From: Antedon mediterranea
Taxonomy: Eukaryota > Animalia > Echinodermata
DNA length: 64,000 nt
Assembly (NCBI RefSeq): GCF_964355755.1
Contig: NC_092673.1
Span: forward strand, 14,480,948-14,544,947
Direction: 5' to 3'
The position numbers and the translations under genes are program-made. The notes under the pieces were generated by a model. The model saw only the letters and a program-made list of their open reading frames with translations. It was not told where the DNA came from and searched no databases. Positions 50,817 through 63,489 of this stretch are shown in pieces (the stretch's first letter is position 1; every line of letters begins with the position of its first letter).

Positions 50817-51715
50817 ATGGATTTAAGTGATACCGCCACAACAGAAGAGCAAATTCTGGCAACACCGCAAAAGAGACGGCATGTACTATCAAAACGTCAT
50901 GGGTTTAACCCTAGACGTGCTTGATATTTGAAAGCAGTAATATTACCTAAAAAAACACCTGGCCCCTTATTAAGGGAATCAATATTGACAAGTTCTTCGT
51001 CAAGCGAAAGTGAGTCTGATTTTGAATTAGACAGGATTAGCTCCATTTTTATATCACCAGAAAATGTCTCAAATACTGACGATAGTAGTAGTAGTGATAG
51101 TACCATCTCAAGTCGGCCTACCACCGATCCTTCGATCATTAGTGACGCACCGACAGATGATGAGTACGACAACATCGAAGGCGAGGAACCCGTCAATGGC
51201 AAACATCCTATATTTGACGGTTGTCCTCAGACACATATTTCTCTATATACATCTTTAATGCTATTCGTTTATCAAACATTCAACTTACATGGTCAAAGAG
51301 ATTCTAAAGAAAAATACCCAATTTGAAACATCAACAACCCATTTTTACTGCGAAAACTGCTATAGAGAAGTGGAAACGTCATCCGATTCATGTAACTGTA
51401 CGGACATGAGTGGGGGAAAGTGCTAGAGTACTTAAGCTTGGATGTCGAAAATCAGATTCAAAAACTTTTCCAAGGTAAGATGACGTTATTGTATACAACC
51501 TTTTCAAATACACAGTGGTATTATAAAATAACAGAGACGTTTTCTAACCTCTTTTTAAATAAATGTATTTTTCAGATCAACATTTTTGTGAGATGGTAAT
51601 GGCAAGACGTCGGTACGCGGAAGCTGGTGTGTGGAAGGACGTATGTGACGGTGAAGAGTACAGTAGAATTGTTCCAAGAGAACCGATGATGAGGATGGCA
51701 CAAACCTTCTTTAGG
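50817..51715 (+). mobile_element. EnSpm/CACTA-type transposase N-terminal relic
   Basis: PIFDGC...LMLFV, HFYCENCY...CNC, LSLDVENQIQKLFQ, an intron, then WKDVCDGEEY (DxxDGxxY motif). Confidence 0.7.
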
Positions 51716-52096
51716 GTATATCTAACTATCCTAGAAAGGGTGCCCAAAAATCTGAACAATTTAACGACGTCATTTGGACCACGCCCTTTTTTTAGTATTA
51801 CGTAATGTATGTGAAAATAAAGCTTTCATATAGACATGTCATGTTTGGTATCAAATTAAAGCTTATGACATGTAGATTGTCATACACTACATTATGACGT
51901 AATATCGCCCAGGCGATGACCTTCAAACTTTTTCTACTCGCGGCAGTTTTTGAAATCATCATTAAAGGTCGGTAAAATCGAAAATAAAACATCGTAAGTC
52001 AATATTTTTCCTATATTTTTACTTTTAATGAAACTTAAATCGTAATAAAAAAACAAATAAAAGTTTTTACAACCAATTTTCATTTTTTTTTTTTCA

Positions 52097-53931
52097 GGGG
52101 ACAGAATTCATCATCTTTAAAGTTGGACAGCAAGAAATTATCATCAGTGGAAACTTGATTTCTGAATACTTGCCAATGATCCACACAGACGATTCATTAA
52201 AAAATGAACATTACATTATATATTTATCGGAGGCTTGGTGGAAACCGGTAGTAATTAATATAAAAATAATTATTTTATAGGCTTGACCTACTTACCTGGC
52301 ATAACGGACAAATTCCCGTCTCTCAAATTTGGGTTAAAGTTGGCGGTGATAAGGGGGGTGGGAATTTTAAACAGATGATCCAGATTGCAAATGTTTACCA
52401 CCCAAACTCCCTCCAAAATACAGTTGTGGATTGTTTTGAGGCAACAGACTACACAAAACTTGAGGACAGGCCTACAAAGGCATCTGAATCAAATTCAAAA
52501 CTTGCAATATGCAGTAATAAGGTTAGTACTTAATTGTATAATTATTCTTTTACAACATGTGACCCATATTAAATATATTAAATGAGATAAAACTAAATTT
52601 GTCTCTATAAAATGAAACAGTCTTCATATTTGGAGACTACGAATATTTAACCCGCATATATGGGCTAACAGGAGCTAGTGGTAAGTAAAACCGGCCCCCA
52701 GCCTAAGGTTGCTCACAAAGTACTCATTTTTATACGTCTCATATTGGCACTTGATGCAGTTCAAGATTTGCATGCAGAACCTCAATATACAAGACATGTT
52801 GAAGTACTTCGGGAAATTCACCAAAAGAATCAAAAGGCCGATGAAGTAGCCCAAGAAGTAACGTCTCTTCGAGATTACTTACATGTCTTCATTGCTAGTG
52901 AAATTCAGCTGAAAGAGGACCAAGAAAAAGAACTGGTAAATTTACCGCAACTGTTAAATGACTGTTTTCATGACAGCTTTACCAAAGAAATATATATATA
53001 TTATGTATGTCCTTTCTACTGTATCTTTTGCAGAGAAACGCGGCTAAAACACTATCTGATGACATAAACTTGCCAAAGGACGGACTCCTAAAAACCACTC
53101 TAGACACTGTGCTTCAAAAATGCGGATTCACCGACAGGCCTACCATGGCAAATCATTTGTGGCCAACCATGTCCATAAATGTTGTAAAGTAAGTTATTTA
53201 TTTATTCTTTGTCTCCTTAGTGGCCCACACACAGATTCTTTCCTTTTCTTGCGACAACGTCACCAATTTATTTCTCGTCGCTACAGCACTGAGGGCCGTG
53301 AACAAAATACAGTTACCTGTAAATTTTATGTCCATGATATTGATGTTCGGTTTCATCCTTGAATAATAATGTTTTTCAATTATATTTTATTTTGCAGCCA
53401 GAAACCATCAAGAAAATGATGGATGGCATGATGGCATAGAAGAAACTGCAAATAAAATTTGCCCACAGTTGGATGTTTCGGATGTAATCCATCTGTATGG
53501 AACCTTATTAAATACAAGTTCGGAAAATGCCACAGACAATATAATTCTGCCCTGTTCTTCACAGAGGAAATGGTAAAATCGCTAGGTAATGAAGTGTTTC
53601 TTGCTTGAAAAAAAAAGAGTAAAAGCACAGAATTCAAGAATATTTGGCATTCTTTCGCGCCAATTTTGATGAAACCGAACCCCCAAAATTACATATCTTA
53701 GAACACCATGTATGTGAATGGATTAGGAGGTGGGGGTTCGGTTTAGGATTTCACGGCGAACAGGGTGGTGAATCTATGCACTCACAACTAAACTCCATCA
53801 AAAGAGATGTCAGAGGAATCCCAGATGACCTGAAGATCTTGGAAAGTGTTATGAAGACCCACTGGATAAAGACCTCTCCACAAATGATGGCAGCGAAGCC
53901 GAAAAAGGCAAACCAAAGAAAACACAACTGA
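52097..53931 (+). mobile_element. Chapaev/Transib(RAG1-related)-type DDE transposase pseudogene, multi-exon
   Basis: LTWHNGQIPVSQIWVKVGGDKGGGNFK (D1); FIFGDYEYLTRIYGLTGASG (D2); HRQAYHGKSFVANHVHKC; PPKLHILEHH...GLGFHGEQGGESMH (HxxxxH and E). Confidence 0.8.
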
Positions 53932-54479
53932 ACTCAAACTAAACAGCCCTTTTCACGGCTACCAAAAAAAAAAAACCCAAACCAAACAGCCCTTTTCAGG
54001 GCTACCCAAAACCTTAAGAGATTTGTTTAGCTGGCTTGAATACATATCAATCAGTCTTGGATTATTATTTTAAAAATAAAACATTAAGAAATACAAAATT
54101 ACAGGGAAACCCTTTATGAATTTAAACAAAGTAAAAACAATCAATAATATTCCATCAATTACATTAAAATAAAATACAAATAGAAATTTTTCACCGGAAT
54201 TTTTCATATGGAGAAGGCGCCTCACTGATGATGAGATGGTAGGCGCGACGCCAACAACATGGTACTGTTATCAATTAAGGCTACCATGTCAATACCTCTA
54301 GCTATTACATCGGAAACCATAACCGTTTTGTATTCAAGAATCAAACCTCATGAATATGTATGAGATAAATCTGACCTTTCAAAAACTTTTATTTTTAAAT
54401 TAAGAAATAAGGAAAATTGACTTGATTTAAAATTTGAAAACTCTTCTCTTATTATCGTAATTGGCTTTATAGTAACTCT

Positions 54480-54908
54480 TGTAGGTTCTCTTACATATTG
54501 AGTCCAAAATTGATCGTGTGGTAAGAAGGGTTGAGAGGATGTCTGGTTTGTGTCAGCAGTTGGTGAATTCAGTTTATTGCGAGAACCTGGACAGGCTTTT
54601 TGGGATGGTGTTGAGGGCTGAAAGTCATCCTGTGAATACCGATTTAGGCAGTCTCAGGAGTGCTCGTAGTGGAAGATTGCGATCCGCGGCTGTTGACACA
54701 AACCGATATCTTTTCTCCTTTCTGCCCACAGGTATCAGGAGACATCAGCGACATTCATCCAGATGAGCACCATGAAATAATATGTAATAATATGTTCTTG
54801 TTGTGAGTTTTTTTTTTTTTTATATATTGTAATTATGATGTATTTGAAGACGAGCAATGTAATTTTCTCCTTGTGGGAACGAATAAAGATTATACTTGAT
54901 ACTTGATA
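54480..54908 (+). mobile_element. 3' end of a Rex1/Babar-like LINE
   Basis: SHP...RSGRLRS...TNRYLFSFLPTGIR C-terminus, followed by a 3' UTR with aataaa and a (tacttga)n tail. Confidence 0.7.
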
Positions 54909-54925
54909 AAATATGTCTTCTACAG

Positions 54926-55650
54926 TTTCCAAAAAAATCTCCTGCAAAGTATGAAAGGGAGAGACAATCAAAGCATCAAGCACACAAATTGGTTATGTGT
55001 TCTCTTTGTAATGGTTTTTATTCAAAGAGATACATTCGAAGACATATAAAGAGATGTGAAAAATCAACTGAAGAAAGCATGGGAACTTGTCCTGTAAAAG
55101 AAGGAAACATTTCTAATATTTTCAGAAGGAAACATTTCAAGCACACAGAAGAAGCAATTAACAAACTACACAACTTCATGCACTGGTTCAATTAAAGCTG
55201 GCCTTAAACAAAGTAGGTTTAAAAATAAATCTTAATATGTTTAAACACCTAGTTCCTGTAGTCTTTCCTGAAGACACCCACAAAGCACTAAAACTTGTAG
55301 CAAGCACAGAAATACGAGAACAAGCTAATGTTTCGAGTGACAACATTTATCGATTCTCGGATCCATTGGTTGATGGAAATCATGTCTCAGGATGGCATGC
55401 ACTAAGTAACATATGTGTAAAGTTACCGTTGGAAAAACCAAGCAACTTAACAGCAACCAAAATCTGAGATAGAAATTCATTCAATTAAAAAGTCTAATAT
55501 CAATTTACAATCTTCAAAGATTGGTTTAAATTCTAATTTTTAACAATTAATTCTATATGGTAACACAATAACACAAACAAATTTTTTTATAGAAACTGAA
55601 GTAATTGACAGACAAGATGACGATGTTTTAAATAGTAGGTCTTCAGGTAT
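54926..55650 (+). mobile_element. CryptonV-like tyrosine recombinase relic
   Basis: CSLCNGFYSKRYIRRHIKRC zinc motif, and VPVVFP...IREQANVSSDNIY...HVSGWHAL...PSNLTATK. Confidence 0.7.
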
Positions 55651-55695
55651 GTAACTTGAAATTACAATTGTATATGGAGTTCACATTTCTAGTTA

Positions 55696-55800
55696 AGGGT
55701 CTTTCACACCTGTTCCGGCACGGTTCTGGTCTGGCGATTCGAACATCTATGTTTCGTTTTCACGGATCGAAACTGTGCCGGAATAGGTGTGAAAGACCCT
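55696..55800. mobile_element. 105-bp PIF/Harbinger MITE
   Basis: TIR agggtctttcacacc/ggtgtgaaagaccct with a TTA TSD at 55693-55695 and 55801-55803. Confidence 0.9.
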
Positions 55801-56279
55801 TTAGAGTAGTGTTACCACAAGAACTTCAAAAAATTCAAAAAAGAAATGAAAACATACTATTTGTTTGTATAGTGATATTTATTTATTTTATAAGAGAATT
55901 ATATTGTATATATTTGAGAGAAAGTGTATTTAAAAAAAAAAAATTAAAAAAAAATGTTTATGTATATTAATTTTATTTTAGACAGGTAGCCCTAATTTAT
56001 TTATATAACTATTTATACTTCAATGTTTAGGGGCTGAACTAAACATTATTATTATTTGTATAATATTACAATGTTTATAATTTATATTTATGGGTAAATA
56101 AAGAAAGAAAGAAATTGCATATGGAGTCGACATTATTGTTATTGCTCACAAAAGTTAAGCAATTATTTTGTTCATGTTTTTACGTGCTAGTGAAAGAGAT
56201 GTTGGTTTTATAAATGCGCAACTATAAATTTATATGCACCTCATTACATTTATATTTATGATATACAACTTTTTCTCAA

Positions 56280-59240
56280 CTTCCATTCCACGATATAGAT
56301 TATTCTGATGAATTACATGCATCACATATACCTCCAGAAATAAATAGTGCTGATTTTAATCCTCTGATAGATAACGACCTCAAATTCGACCAACAATCAT
56401 ATAAATAATTATCTAAATGTTATTTTATCAAATTCTTTTTTCCTACTATTTCGAAACCAACCAGAATTACAACAAATAGTGCGACTCTTATTGATTGTTA
56501 TTAATAACACGAAACATAAATACAAGAGTTTGCAGTTTGTTTGTTTGTTTGTCAATTTAAAATTAAAAATCCTTGAACATAGTTAACTTTTTTTATTGGG
56601 TTACCATCGATTATAATATCAAAAGGAAAAGTATTATGGTTGTTCTTTTGTGTAAAGTAGATGAAGTTAGTTTTAGATTTAGAAAAAAAAAAAAAATTTT
56701 TTTAATATAATATTAACTTTACACATAATATGCAATCTACGATAATTTAATTAATTGATATAACAAATTTATTAAATACATAACATCATTGGAATAAAAA
56801 GAACAAATCACATATCTACACATAATAATCATAACATCGTATACTCTATTTCTATCTAACAATTTATTCAATCTTCTATCGACTAAAGCCGAAGTATAGT
56901 CGTTATCTCGGGACCGTTCTATGGCCACCACCAGGTAGGCTTACTTCATTAAGGCTTCTGTGAATGGATGTACTGGTTGGGAGCAGAAAATCTAGTAGAC
57001 CATACCCAGTACCGTTTTGATTACGATCAATCGGGAATTTACCTCACAAAGTTTAACAACAATTTGTTTGATTTAAACCATAAAGAAACTCTATCAAGCT
57101 CAGAATTAACAGTATTAACAAGAGTGTTTAAATTTTTGTGAGAAAAGAAAATATTGCTGTAATCTGCGAATAAAATGAATTGGAGTAAATTTGAGACATT
57201 GGGGAGATCATTAACATAAATAAGAAAAAGTAAAGGGCCAAGTATAGAGCCTTGAGGTACACCACAATTAATAGGCAACATATGAGATTTAAAGGAATTA
57301 ACATAGGTAAATTGGTATCTATTTGAAAGGTAAGATTTCAGAAGGTTAAGAGGAAGGCCTCTGACACCATAGTAATATAATTTTGATAATAATACATCGT
57401 GATCAATAGTGTCAAAGGCCAATACCAATACCATGATTGCCAGTTGCAAGAGAGTTTGTTAATTTATCATACATGTGTAGAACGGCAAGGTCGGTCGAAT
57501 CTGCTGAATAAATGTTAGAAAGAAAATCAGATGTTAGTTTATGATCATCAAATTTTAGTAAGTCAATGTTTAGATCTCCACAAACAAAAACACTTTTATT
57601 TACTTTATTAACCTCATCAAAATATAAGGATAATTGGTCATTGAAGTAATTTATACTTTTATCCGGTGGACGGTAAATAACTGAGAAAATAATATTCTTT
57701 GGCTTGGAATTGATTTCAATATTTATAGCCTCACAAAACTAGAGATGTTTTAAACAATTTACGAGTTCTGATTGTTTATCTTGACACACATGAAAGGCCA
57801 GCTGGAGTGTGACAGACACTTCACTACAGAAATTGCTGAAAACCATGTAGGAATTTTCATGAGCTGTCCATGTGACCTTGTTGTAAATGACATAATAGTA
57901 CCCTTGAGTTGTATTTGATGGGCAGTTAATATAAGAGCATCAGCCCATAAAACACACATTTCTGCTAAGGGAGAGTTTTGCCTCATGAAGGGGAGATATT
58001 GGGGTTTTGTACATACCGAAACTCATCATCTGAGAGTTTATTGAAAGGAAATAAACAGTTGCACTTAAAGAACTATATTTGGGTCTAAATAATCAAGTAC
58101 ATTTCTGTAAGGCATAACAATTTATTTAAAGGTCAACCGGCTCACACTGTTAGTTATGGAATGTTATTCATTGTTATTAATTTATAGTTCAAGCTTTTAG
58201 ATCGTTTAGGTTGCGAGATAGATCTAGTTGATTACTGATGGTAAGTTTTTTCATGCCGTTGGTAAGAATAAAGATCTTGCCGTCAAGTGTCCATGTAGAT
58301 TTAATGTCTAGGTTTGTTAGCGTCTGAGCCCTTACTTTGTCCTAGTCTACGAGTTCTATCTATGTCGGCAATTCCAACGCTGACATTAAGCTTTTTTTGA
58401 AGCACATTGATAATCTTGGTATCCGTACACTCGTTGCTTGATTCGGGAACGCCGTCATGATTTTTTCTTCAAGGCTTGCTATCTTATCGTTAGTCTTGTT
58501 AATATCAAAGTGTAAAGAATCTCTAATGAGATCGGTGAGCTTACCAATTAGATGTTCTTGCACAGAATTTGATACAGCTGCAGCAATGTTCTTCATAAAT
58601 GTAGAGTCTGATGCTAGGCATTTCGTAAGCTCTAGGTCGATCAGTTCTTTGATTTCTGTTTTTTCAGTAGGCCCAATGGATTCAGCTTGGTTTCCAGCTC
58701 CGCCGGAGTCAGCTACGTTTTCTCCGGAATCTTTAGGAGCCGCGAGAGCCACGTTTAGGCACGTCCATTCACCATGGTGCATGCAAATAAATAAAAACCT
58801 TTATAAGAAATATATTAAATCTCAGAGCCCAAATGACAAATATATTTATGATACTAACTCTATATGTGATCACTTTAATAAATATTTGTCAGAAATCGGT
58901 TTAAAAACGCTCAACTCCATCCCAGATAATAATATTGATCCAATGTCGTATTTACCACCCCCACCACTTTTTTTTTTTTTAGTCACTGAAAATGAAGTGT
59001 TGAACATGATCAACAGTCTAGACTCTAATAAAGGATCAGGACACGACTCCCTTACACCTTCTGTTCTTAAAAAAGTTACTCCTTTTATTTTAATTCATCT
59101 TACTTATGTTATCAATTTATCTTTTACTACAGGAATCGTACCTGATCATATAAAATTAGCATATTTAACTAAACATAACATCCTAAATAATCATCAATAT
59201 GGTTTTGTTAAGCACTTTTCTTGATCTATCAAAAGCTTTT
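56280..59240 (-). mobile_element. Rearranged CR1-group LINE (ORF1, APE and RT pieces)
   Basis: Minus strand: ORF1 (58360-58782; TWTLDGKIF nearby), APE IYRPPD...CGDLNID, and RT AFDTIDH...GVPQGSILGPLLFLIYVNDL...FADY. Plus-strand pieces: KPTRITTNSATLID (~56450) and the linker ICDHFNKY...HQYGF (58790-59224). Confidence 0.85.
56850..57048. mobile_element. Diverged copy of the TGTGAGG MITE, inserted in the CR1 RT
   Basis: cagtaccgttttgattacgatcaatcgggaatttacctcacaa resembles 31474-31515. Confidence 0.65.
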
Positions 59241-59869
59241 AATGTAACGGTCATTATAAAAGAGTTGTTGTTGTTGTTGGCAGTGTATAAAGCGGTGTTA
59301 ACGTAGATAGAAGATTATAACCGGTACAAGCAGTGGTGTTGTGTATATAATGCATATATATTACTTTTAAAACATTAAACCTGGTCATTCCTTGTCTTAA
59401 ATGTACGTTATTGTAAACCGCGCACAATGCATGTTGAGATTTATAACGAGTCGCTACCATTATTAGAATCGCCTTATTTTTCACATTTTCAACGATTTAA
59501 AGACAAAAAAAGTTATCTCAATAGGACCATAGTATTTATTTTTTACATAAATGTATTTTGTGATCTTAAAATAGAATTAAAAACGTAGGGAATGGGGCAT
59601 TAAAAAAAAACCCAGTATGGAATCTAGACTACAACCTCAAACACGTTTTATAATTTCTTTAACGTAAATGACACATTCACCCCGGTGCTGTCAATAAAAA
59701 TTTGTAAAAATAGTAAAATGTACTGCTGTCTGCGCGACGAGGATAATAACAATGGAGTCGGTTAAAATTGTAATACTTGCATTACTTTTGAGTTATCAAG
59801 CGTTATGTTTTCAATACATATATATCAAGTTAACGATTTTTAGATTTTTAATGAATCTACAAAGGAAAA

Positions 59870-61980
59870 AGAGAGCAAATTCACGGAGTTGACGGCGAAG
59901 GCGTTTAGCCCTAACCCGACGTCAACTGGGCCTAGTCGTCGAAGTTTTGGAAGCCGCAACGCTTGGAGCGAACCTTGTTGATCGCAGAATCTGGGTACAA
60001 AACCGTGCCCATGGTCGCCTGTTTTTGGCTGTTAATGTGGAACTTTTCGCAGGGCAATTCCGTACAGAGAGAGAGTTGGGATAGTAATTTGGTGGTTGGC
60101 AACGCCGACAGAATATCGGTATGTAACGTTTTAAAATAATATGAATAAAAAAAAATTCATCTTTTTTTTTGTATTAATTTGTTAGATCATTAATAATTCT
60201 AAATTCTAAGGAGTTTTGTAATACTGTATATGTATTTTAGCAGACAGAAATAACGGCTTGCTTTTTAGTAGAGATGTAAGATATCGAGATATTCCACTAA
60301 TCTTAATTGTGAATTTTGCATGAGTGATTATTACAGATTTTGCTATGATTTTTTAACAGAAAAATGTTATAATTAATGGTATTGATATACCAGTGTGCCT
60401 AATTGGAGACCCAGCATACCCTTTAAAACTCTGGTTGATGAAATGATTTGTACACAATGCAAACCTTACTCCAGCACAGCACAATTTCAACAAAACATTA
60501 AGTTCTGCCCGAGTTGTTGTTGAAAATGCATTTGGAAGACTGAAGGGCAGATGGCGACGGCTCATGAAAAAAAACGACGTGACTGTGGTCTAGTGAAGTC
60601 AGTCAGGATGGTGTTGGAAGGCTGGATAATGGAGTAGTTATCAGGGATGCCATTACTGGTTCTTTACAACATTGAATCCTGTATAGTGGATTAAATCAGA
60701 TGCTATTGTTGTCACTAAAAAGTTACATTAGATCTTGTAAAAGTATAATATTAAGATGTTTTGTTCCCAAAAAAATATTAATAAGGCTTTGAAAAAAAAA
60801 CCCCAAACAAATGTATTCACATATAATCAATATCAATATAATATAAAGACATATCAGTATATACAGTAGCGTATGTACACATTTGCATTTGTAATAGTAA
60901 TAATGCTATCTACACAGCAAGTCTTGGAATAGAAATACACATGTGTAACTGCTAGTTAATACTGAAAAACTTATTGTGGTAAAAATCAAACAAAAACTAA
61001 TGTAACATTTCCAACCAATGGAATATTTTAAATATAACATAAATTAAATATCTACATTGATTTGAAATGATTTTCATATAGGTCAAAATCATGCCCAGAA
61101 AAGCATTACAGTATATACCATAAACATTTTTGGTAAAAAAACATTTTTTTTAATGTAGAAAATGCAAAACCAATACTTCAAGTACAAAATTACTTTTAAA
61201 TGGCTATCACTACTTGAGTTGTGTGGTGAGCTGTATGAGGCAGAACTATATGCAGGAGAGTGGTATGGGGGATGAAGTTCTACTGTTCGATGGGGGTGGT
61301 AATATTGATCTGGTGGTGGGCCATTTCTTGTCTGAAAAAGATTCATCAATTGTCTGCATCTGCATGTTTTGAAATGCAGACATCATGTTTTGGATACTAG
61401 CATTGTGTTGCCTGATCATTTCTGCATCAGAGCGTTCCTGTCTTTCTATGCGCCGTTCTTCAGCTTTTTCAAACTCAGCATTTTGGGTATTTATTACATC
61501 TTTCAGTGACCCTGTTACTGCCTCCATTGTCTCCTGGAATTTGGGATTTTTTTCGGCTTTTTTTTGCGTGCTGTAAAAATAAATGTTTAAAACTACCGCT
61601 ATTATTTTAAGGTTTAAACTATGCTGTGATTGATGCAACACAATATTATTAAAATTAAAATATTTAATAATTGTTAATTATTTACACTTGCCTTGAGGTT
61701 GAGGCTCTTTTGCCTCCTCGATTTGTTTATCCTCTCTCCAACTACTCTTTCCCCTTCAACTACTCTTTCATCCCCAACTACTCTTTCAACTTCAATTCAT
61801 TGATTTCTGCTTCATCTCTGATTACCCTTTTATCTCCGATTGCTATTTCATCTCCACATACTATTTCATCTCCAAATACTATTTCATCTCCAGTTCCTCT
61901 GTTCTCTTCTATCCTCGGTTCATCTGTAGACTGCTTAAGACTATCTGTTCTGTAAGTGTCCCACACTATATCAATTCTGT
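59870..61980 (+). mobile_element. PIF/Harbinger element relic: transposase (+) and convergent accessory ORF (-)
   Basis: RRIWVQNR and LIGDPAYPL...FNKTLSSARVVVENAFGRLKGRWR on the plus strand. Coiled-coil, low-complexity ORFs at 61089-61966 on the minus strand. Confidence 0.8.
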
Positions 61981-62070
61981 TACTATTCTGCAGCTGCTGT
62001 CTGGTCCACGGTAGAAAGACCTGTCATACAAATGATACAAGAATAACGATCCGCATATAGAAGTGACCAA

Positions 62071-62870
62071 TTATGTGGTGGTTAAACAATAGATACAATC
62101 CTGAATGCAAAGAAATGTACTCACCTTATCACCGTAGTCATCAAATGTAAATGCATGATTGCTGGAAAGAGCATGGACAATAGCAGCTCCGTCAAACACC
62201 TTTACATCAAAATCTGTAGGAGGTTCAGGCTGGCCTTCATTCTCCAAATGCTGTAGCAACTCAGACTTCTTAGTTGGTAGTCGAAGCTTTCCATTTACTG
62301 CCAAAGAGGGTGGCCATGGCTGGTTTTCATGCATGAAGAAGTCTCTTAACTTGTTGCTTTGTTTTGGACACTGATTTTGACAGTGGTGTGTTGAACAACG
62401 GCAGCTTATTCTGTTTGATGGCTTGTTGAATTGCAACACTTTTGTCGAGAATAACTTCCTTGAAATATTTTTGGTACTGGGTAGTACCTACATCCTGAAT
62501 TGTACGAACTGTCACTACTGCACTTTCATTGGCACAATCTCGAGCATCCAAGACCAGAAGTTCTGAACAATTATCGAGGAATGGGTTGCCTGCATTTGAA
62601 ATTGTTTCGTGTAGCCTGTTGACCTGAACTTTAAATGTTTAAATGTGTAGACAGTCCTTGTTCTCGTTGCTTAAAGTCATTCGGATCATAAACCATGAAC
62701 TGACTCTCGAACTCTGTAATCAGTCTCGCTTGTTCTGGCCCCGCCACCATCCACCTCCTAAACGCTGTTGGATTTTCAGTAAGTCCGACTGCACCCCCAG
62801 TTCCTTTTACTAATTCGTTCTGCTCATGAGATTGGTCAATGTCCCTAATGTGGATGGGAATCCATCGGGC
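62071..62870 (-). mobile_element. Academ-type transposase fragment
   Basis: DQSHEQNELVKGTGGAVGLTENPTAFRRWMVAGPEQARL; FFMHENQPWPPSL...KSELL; DVKVFDGAAIVHAL...TFDDY. Confidence 0.75.
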
Positions 62871-62876
62871 ATAGTT

Positions 62877-63040
62877 ATTTTTTTTTTTTGTATTTTGTAT
62901 TAATATTTTGTCCTCAGTGAGGAAATTCGGATTAGGCCCTCCACGGACCCACGGCAGCTACCAGATTAGGCAATGAGAGTAAAGATAACCTCGAACCCAT
63001 GCCTATCACATGCTAGTCCGATATTACCATTACACCATCA
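62877..63040 (-). mobile_element. tRNA-derived SINE
   Basis: Minus strand has an A box (TGGTGTAATGG) and a B box (GGTTCGAGG), with an A-rich tail at 62877-62910. Confidence 0.6.
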
Positions 63041-63489
63041 CTCTAGGACGATCCATAGCAAAAAACCAGGGTACCAGAGCTTCCAGTGACTCTACATATA
63101 GCGTGAAGTCCCTTGTGCGGAGGGCACGAACGAACATCAGAACAGTTAATTCAAATTCTAGAATAATATCCCAGTACTGAAAGGTTGCATGCATTGGCTG
63201 CTTATATTTTTTTAAGGATCATTTTTATAATTAGACAGCAGAATAGTTTTTTTATTCTCACAATATTTATGATAATTTGCAGAGATAAACCTGTCCATGT
63301 GAAGGTAAATGACATTTTTTCACATAAATTATGTAATACTGTTAGAGCCCTACAGTTACTAGTCCTGTATATTACAATTACTACTGTATATAGATATATA
63401 ATACAACCTATAATCCTACTACCCTAGATATAGACATTCCTAACCTATTGATCTCAGCTCCGTTTCCATGGTAATTGATGAGTATAATA

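Noticed and set aside
15040-53931. A ProtoRAG (RAG1L-RAG2L) transposon
   Set aside because: The RING module and the DDE core are 36 kb apart on opposite strands. I found no kelch/PHD RAG2-like gene and no RSS-like TIRs.
58457-59224. 255-aa ORF as a real gene
   Set aside because: It is a chance fusion of antisense CR1 ORF1 with a plus-strand CR1 linker fragment.
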